Below are positions 50,643-53,978 of a DNA stretch of 53,978 bases, one piece after another. The notes below the pieces were generated by a model. The model searched no databases. It worked only from the letters and a program-made list of their open reading frames with translations, and was not told the DNA's origin. How positions within the stretch are numbered: position 1 is the stretch's first letter; the number at the start of each line of letters is the position of its first letter. Both the position numbers and the translations under genes were made by a program. Origin of the DNA: Octopus bimaculoides (lineage: Eukaryota); the NCBI RefSeq assembly GCF_001194135.2, contig NC_068981.1:107220592-107274569 (forward strand), read 5' to 3'.

Positions 50643-50834
50643 GATTGGGATACTCGGAAAATGATTGAACTTTCATTTGCTATCAAATGTCCATCAATAA
50701 ATTATCATTTAGCTGGTACCAAAAAAATCCAGCAGGAACTGTCTCGTCCTGGAGTTTTGGAGAAATTCATTTCGGATGGTTCTCGAGTACAGAAGTTAAG
50801 AAATACATTTGTAGAACAGTATAGCTTAGAAATG
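50643..50834 (+). CDS. GSS: GSS coding exon 9: DWDTRKMIELSFAIKCPSINYHLAGTKKIQQELSRPGVLEKFISDGSRVQKLRNTFVEQYSLEM; the gene continues past the window end
   Basis: ttttcag acceptor and ATG|GTAATA donor. KCP....LAGTKK.QQELSRPG motif. The G-loop (QREGGGNN) exon was not found before position 53978. Confidence 0.97.
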
Positions 50835-51862
50835 GTAATATGTCAATTTGTAATGATAGTTGTTTTTTCATCATGTTGCAATTTCAGAAAACACTTGTTA
50901 TCCTTGGACGTATGCATTTTGTTAGGTGGTCTGGTGGTGTCCTGGCATTTAGTGAAAGAGTATGGCTAACCATTCTTCATCAGGATATTTCAGAATTGTA
51001 TAGTGTTGGTGTTTTTGCTTTTTGCCTTGCTGCATTTGCTGTGTATGTATCCTTTGGGTCTCAGTGTAAATGCAGTGAGACAGGAAGCAAAAATACCAAC
51101 GCCATGCAGTTTCAAAAAATCCTGATGGAGAATTGCTATCTGTTCTCATTATCATCATCATCATCATTTAATGTCCATTGTCCATGGGTTTGACGGTTTG
51201 ACCAGGGCTGGCAAGCTCAAAGGCTGCACCAGACTCCAGTCTGTTTTGGCATGGTTTCTACAGCCAGATGCCCTTCCTAATGCACTAAGTGCCAAGACAT
51301 CACCAGACAACCTAACAAGACCTACACAGCCACTTATTAGTGTTGGAGAGGAACTTTCCAAATGCAGAAACTCATATAGATATGTCTTTAATCAACACAT
51401 TTGTTGCTTAATTACACTAAATCCTTTGGCTTTGTGTGAAATAATATTTTGCTGCTGGTTGCTTTCAATCATAAATTTGTTGTAAATTTTTTTTGTATGA
51501 GTAAATCATTATGATTTTTGTGATGTTTTAATTATATATTCATCTAATGATGTTTTAAATTATGGTTGGTTTATCATTTTTGAGAGTTTTCTAATTAGAG
51601 AAGAGATAGAATATATTAAGGGTTTAATGTTTAACAGTGTGTGTAAACACTGAAAACAAAGCTTCCATATTACTCATATATGTCTAAAGTATATCTGGTT
51701 CTAATATTGAATATTTGGGATGAGTCTTTGTTTAGCAACATTGTATCAGTAGTTGTTACTGTTAAACAACCAAGCAAGCTTTAGAATTGAGCAGTGCTAT
51801 GATGTAAAGCATTCTATCCATGACCATCTTGTCCTTTTTCAGGCATAGTATACTCTAAACTA

Positions 51863-53454
51863 TTAGGTTGGAAACAAATTTCTTGCACAACTTTTATTAA
51901 CTACGATATACAATGAAACAATGCAGTGTTGTGTTGGCACTCCGTCGCTTACGATGTCGAGGGTTCCAGTTGATCCAATCAACGGAACAGCCTGCTCGTG
52001 AAATTAACGTGCAAGTAGCTGAACACTCCACAGACACGTGTACCCTTAACGTAGTTCTCGGGGATATTCAGTGTGACACAGTATGACAAGGCTGGCCCTT
52101 TGAATTACAGGCACAACAGAAACAGGAAGAAAGAGTGAGAGAAAGTTGTGGTGAAAGAGTACAGCGGGGTTCGCCACCATCCCCTGCCGGAGCCTCGTGG
52201 AGCTTTAGGCGTTTTTGCTCAATAAACACTCACAACGCCCGGTCTGGGAATCGAAACTGTGATCCTATGACCACGAGTCCGCTGCCCTAACCACTGGGCC
52301 ATTGCGCCTTCACAATGCAGTAAAAAGCACATATCAAACATTAATATAATCACCATTATTTTCAATCACTTACTCCCAACTCTGGGATAGATCATGGATT
52401 CCTTTGTTATAAAATTCAGCTGGCTTGAAGTCTCCAACTGTAGTTTTCAGTTCACCATCAGTTGTGGACGTTTTGCCATTCAAGAAGTTTTGCAGTACCC
52501 AGAATAGGTGGTAGACTGTTGGTGCCAGGTTGAGCAAGAGGGAGAACTTCCTACTCCAGCTTCAGAAATTTTGCACAGGTGGGATTTGCAACATTTAGCT
52601 GTGTGCTATCATGAAGCAACATGACATCAGTCCATTCTGGGACTTTTTGTGCAATTGCATCTGCCACCCAATGCAGTTATTGATGGTTTGATTGTGTTCC
52701 AACATTTCCAAGTGAATCACGCTCTTCACACCCCACCAGACACAAACCATGAGCCTCTTTTGATGCAGGTAGGCCTTAGCCTGAGGTTGTGTAGTTGCAC
52801 CCTTGTCTGTCTAGCTTCTTTTGTGTGTCATATTCAAGTACAGACATCATTTCTCATCTGCAGTAACTACTTTGTTCAGTCAATCAAAATGATGCTTCTT
52901 GGGTAGTAGTGTCATGCAGGTGTCTATGCAGCATTGACAGTTGAAGTTGGTCAGTTTACATGGGACCCATACATCCAGTTTGCTGACTTTGCTCATTTCC
53001 TCCAAATGATGTAAAATGGCTGTATGGCTGATGCTAAACTTATCAGCCAGCTCATGTGATGTCAGATGTGGATCAGCTTTGATACAAGCATACAAATGGT
53101 TATTGTCAACAAGTGTGGAGTGACCACTTCTTGGCTGGTCTTGAAGATTGAATTGGCCACATTGAAACTTCTTAAACCAATCATAGGCTTGGTGATAACC
53201 AATTGTGTCTTCCCCAAATGCTTTGTTGATATGACATTGTGATTGGTCAGCGTTTAGGCCAGACTTGTAATCATACAGTGACAAAATACATTGCTGTTCA
53301 TGAGAGAGAGAGAGATTTGTTGGGCTATTTTTGAAACTTAAGCTCTGAAATGAGGAAAATATTCACTCAAAAGATATTGCATTTACTTATATATAAATCA
53401 ATAAATAAATAAATGTATATAAAAAGATGTGCAGGAAATTTGCTTCCAACCTAA
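51863..53454 (-). mobile_element. Decayed mariner with intact ~30-bp TIRs, interrupted by a SINE
   Basis: TA + ttaggttggaaacaaatttcttgcaca ... tgtgcaggaaatttgcttccaacctaa + TA. ORF 52880-53284 has WFKKF..G.F.L.D.PRSG and SKLDVWVP, followed by VTADEK. Confidence 0.92.
51928..52311 (-). mobile_element. Young tRNA-derived SINE with a perfect 10-bp TSD, inserted in the mariner
   Basis: Head GGCGCAATGGCCCAGTGGTTAGGGCAGCGGACTC...GTTTCGATTCCC; TSD acaatgcagt at 51918-51927 and 52312-52321. Confidence 0.92.
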
Positions 53455-53978
53455 TATATAATCCAATGTGCCCCTTTTTAAAATAGCAGAGTGAGCTTTG
53501 AGAGAAATTTGACTGCCATTTCTTGCATATTTAACAACTTAGAGGCTATCCCATCAACTTGTTTTACTTGTTTCAGTCATTATACTGTGGCCATGCTGGG
53601 GCTGTAAACATACCCACGTCAGTTGCCAAGCAGTGATGACACACACACACACAAAACTTGTTATTTCACCAGATGTTTGCAATAGGTGAAGATGAAGAAG
53701 TAACTGCTTGGTGAGACAACTTTACATTGGGGTTTCAATTATTAATTGGAACTATTTTCATTTACTTTATGCTGCTGATGTCTTTGGAAAAGGCTTGAAT
53801 GTTTCAATGATTCATTCCTCTCTTTTAAAAAATGTCCATTCAATAGAAATCATTAATATATTGTGTATATAAAATATCTATTTATTCTCATGAAATAAAT
53901 ATTTCACATTTTTATGACATTTATTCAAAAGAGGGAAGAAAGATGGTTTTAATCATTTTCTTTTTTTTTTTTTTTTTT

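Noticed and set aside
52240-52311. tRNA gene (also 48485-48560)
   Set aside because: No acceptor stem or tRNA 3' end; it continues into a SINE body and is flanked by TSDs.
1-53978. CRISPR arrays, rRNA genes, prokaryote-like operons
   Set aside because: None seen. Regularly spaced repeats such as 8385-9760 are ~200-bp SINE copies, not repeat-spacer arrays.

Overview
AT-rich eukaryotic genomic DNA with five N-gaps. The SINE, RTE and Penelope repeat landscape points to an octopus (coleoid cephalopod); this is inferred, not checked. One host gene is well supported: glutathione synthetase (GSS) on the + strand, with nine coding exons from 18379 to 50834. They splice by GT-AG into one open frame of 1071 nt (357 aa), and the last ~130 aa lie beyond the window. 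A CpG-retaining region at about 1-1200 is the likely promoter, which implies a ~17 kb 5'UTR intron. The introns hold many mobile elements: a Ty3/Gypsy LTR element interrupted by a Tc1 and a mariner, two further mariners, RTE LINE fragments, R4/Dong-like LINEs in (TAA)n tracts, several tRNA-derived SINE families and MITEs. The most unusual signals are Penelope-related. There are several minimal type-I hammerhead ribozyme motifs, one inside a 361-bp retrozyme-like unit, and two ~0.6-kb-arm inverted repeats each enclosing a GIY-YIG endonuclease fragment. All assignments come from reading the sequence by eye; repeat boundaries are approximate unless a TSD or TIR is quoted.
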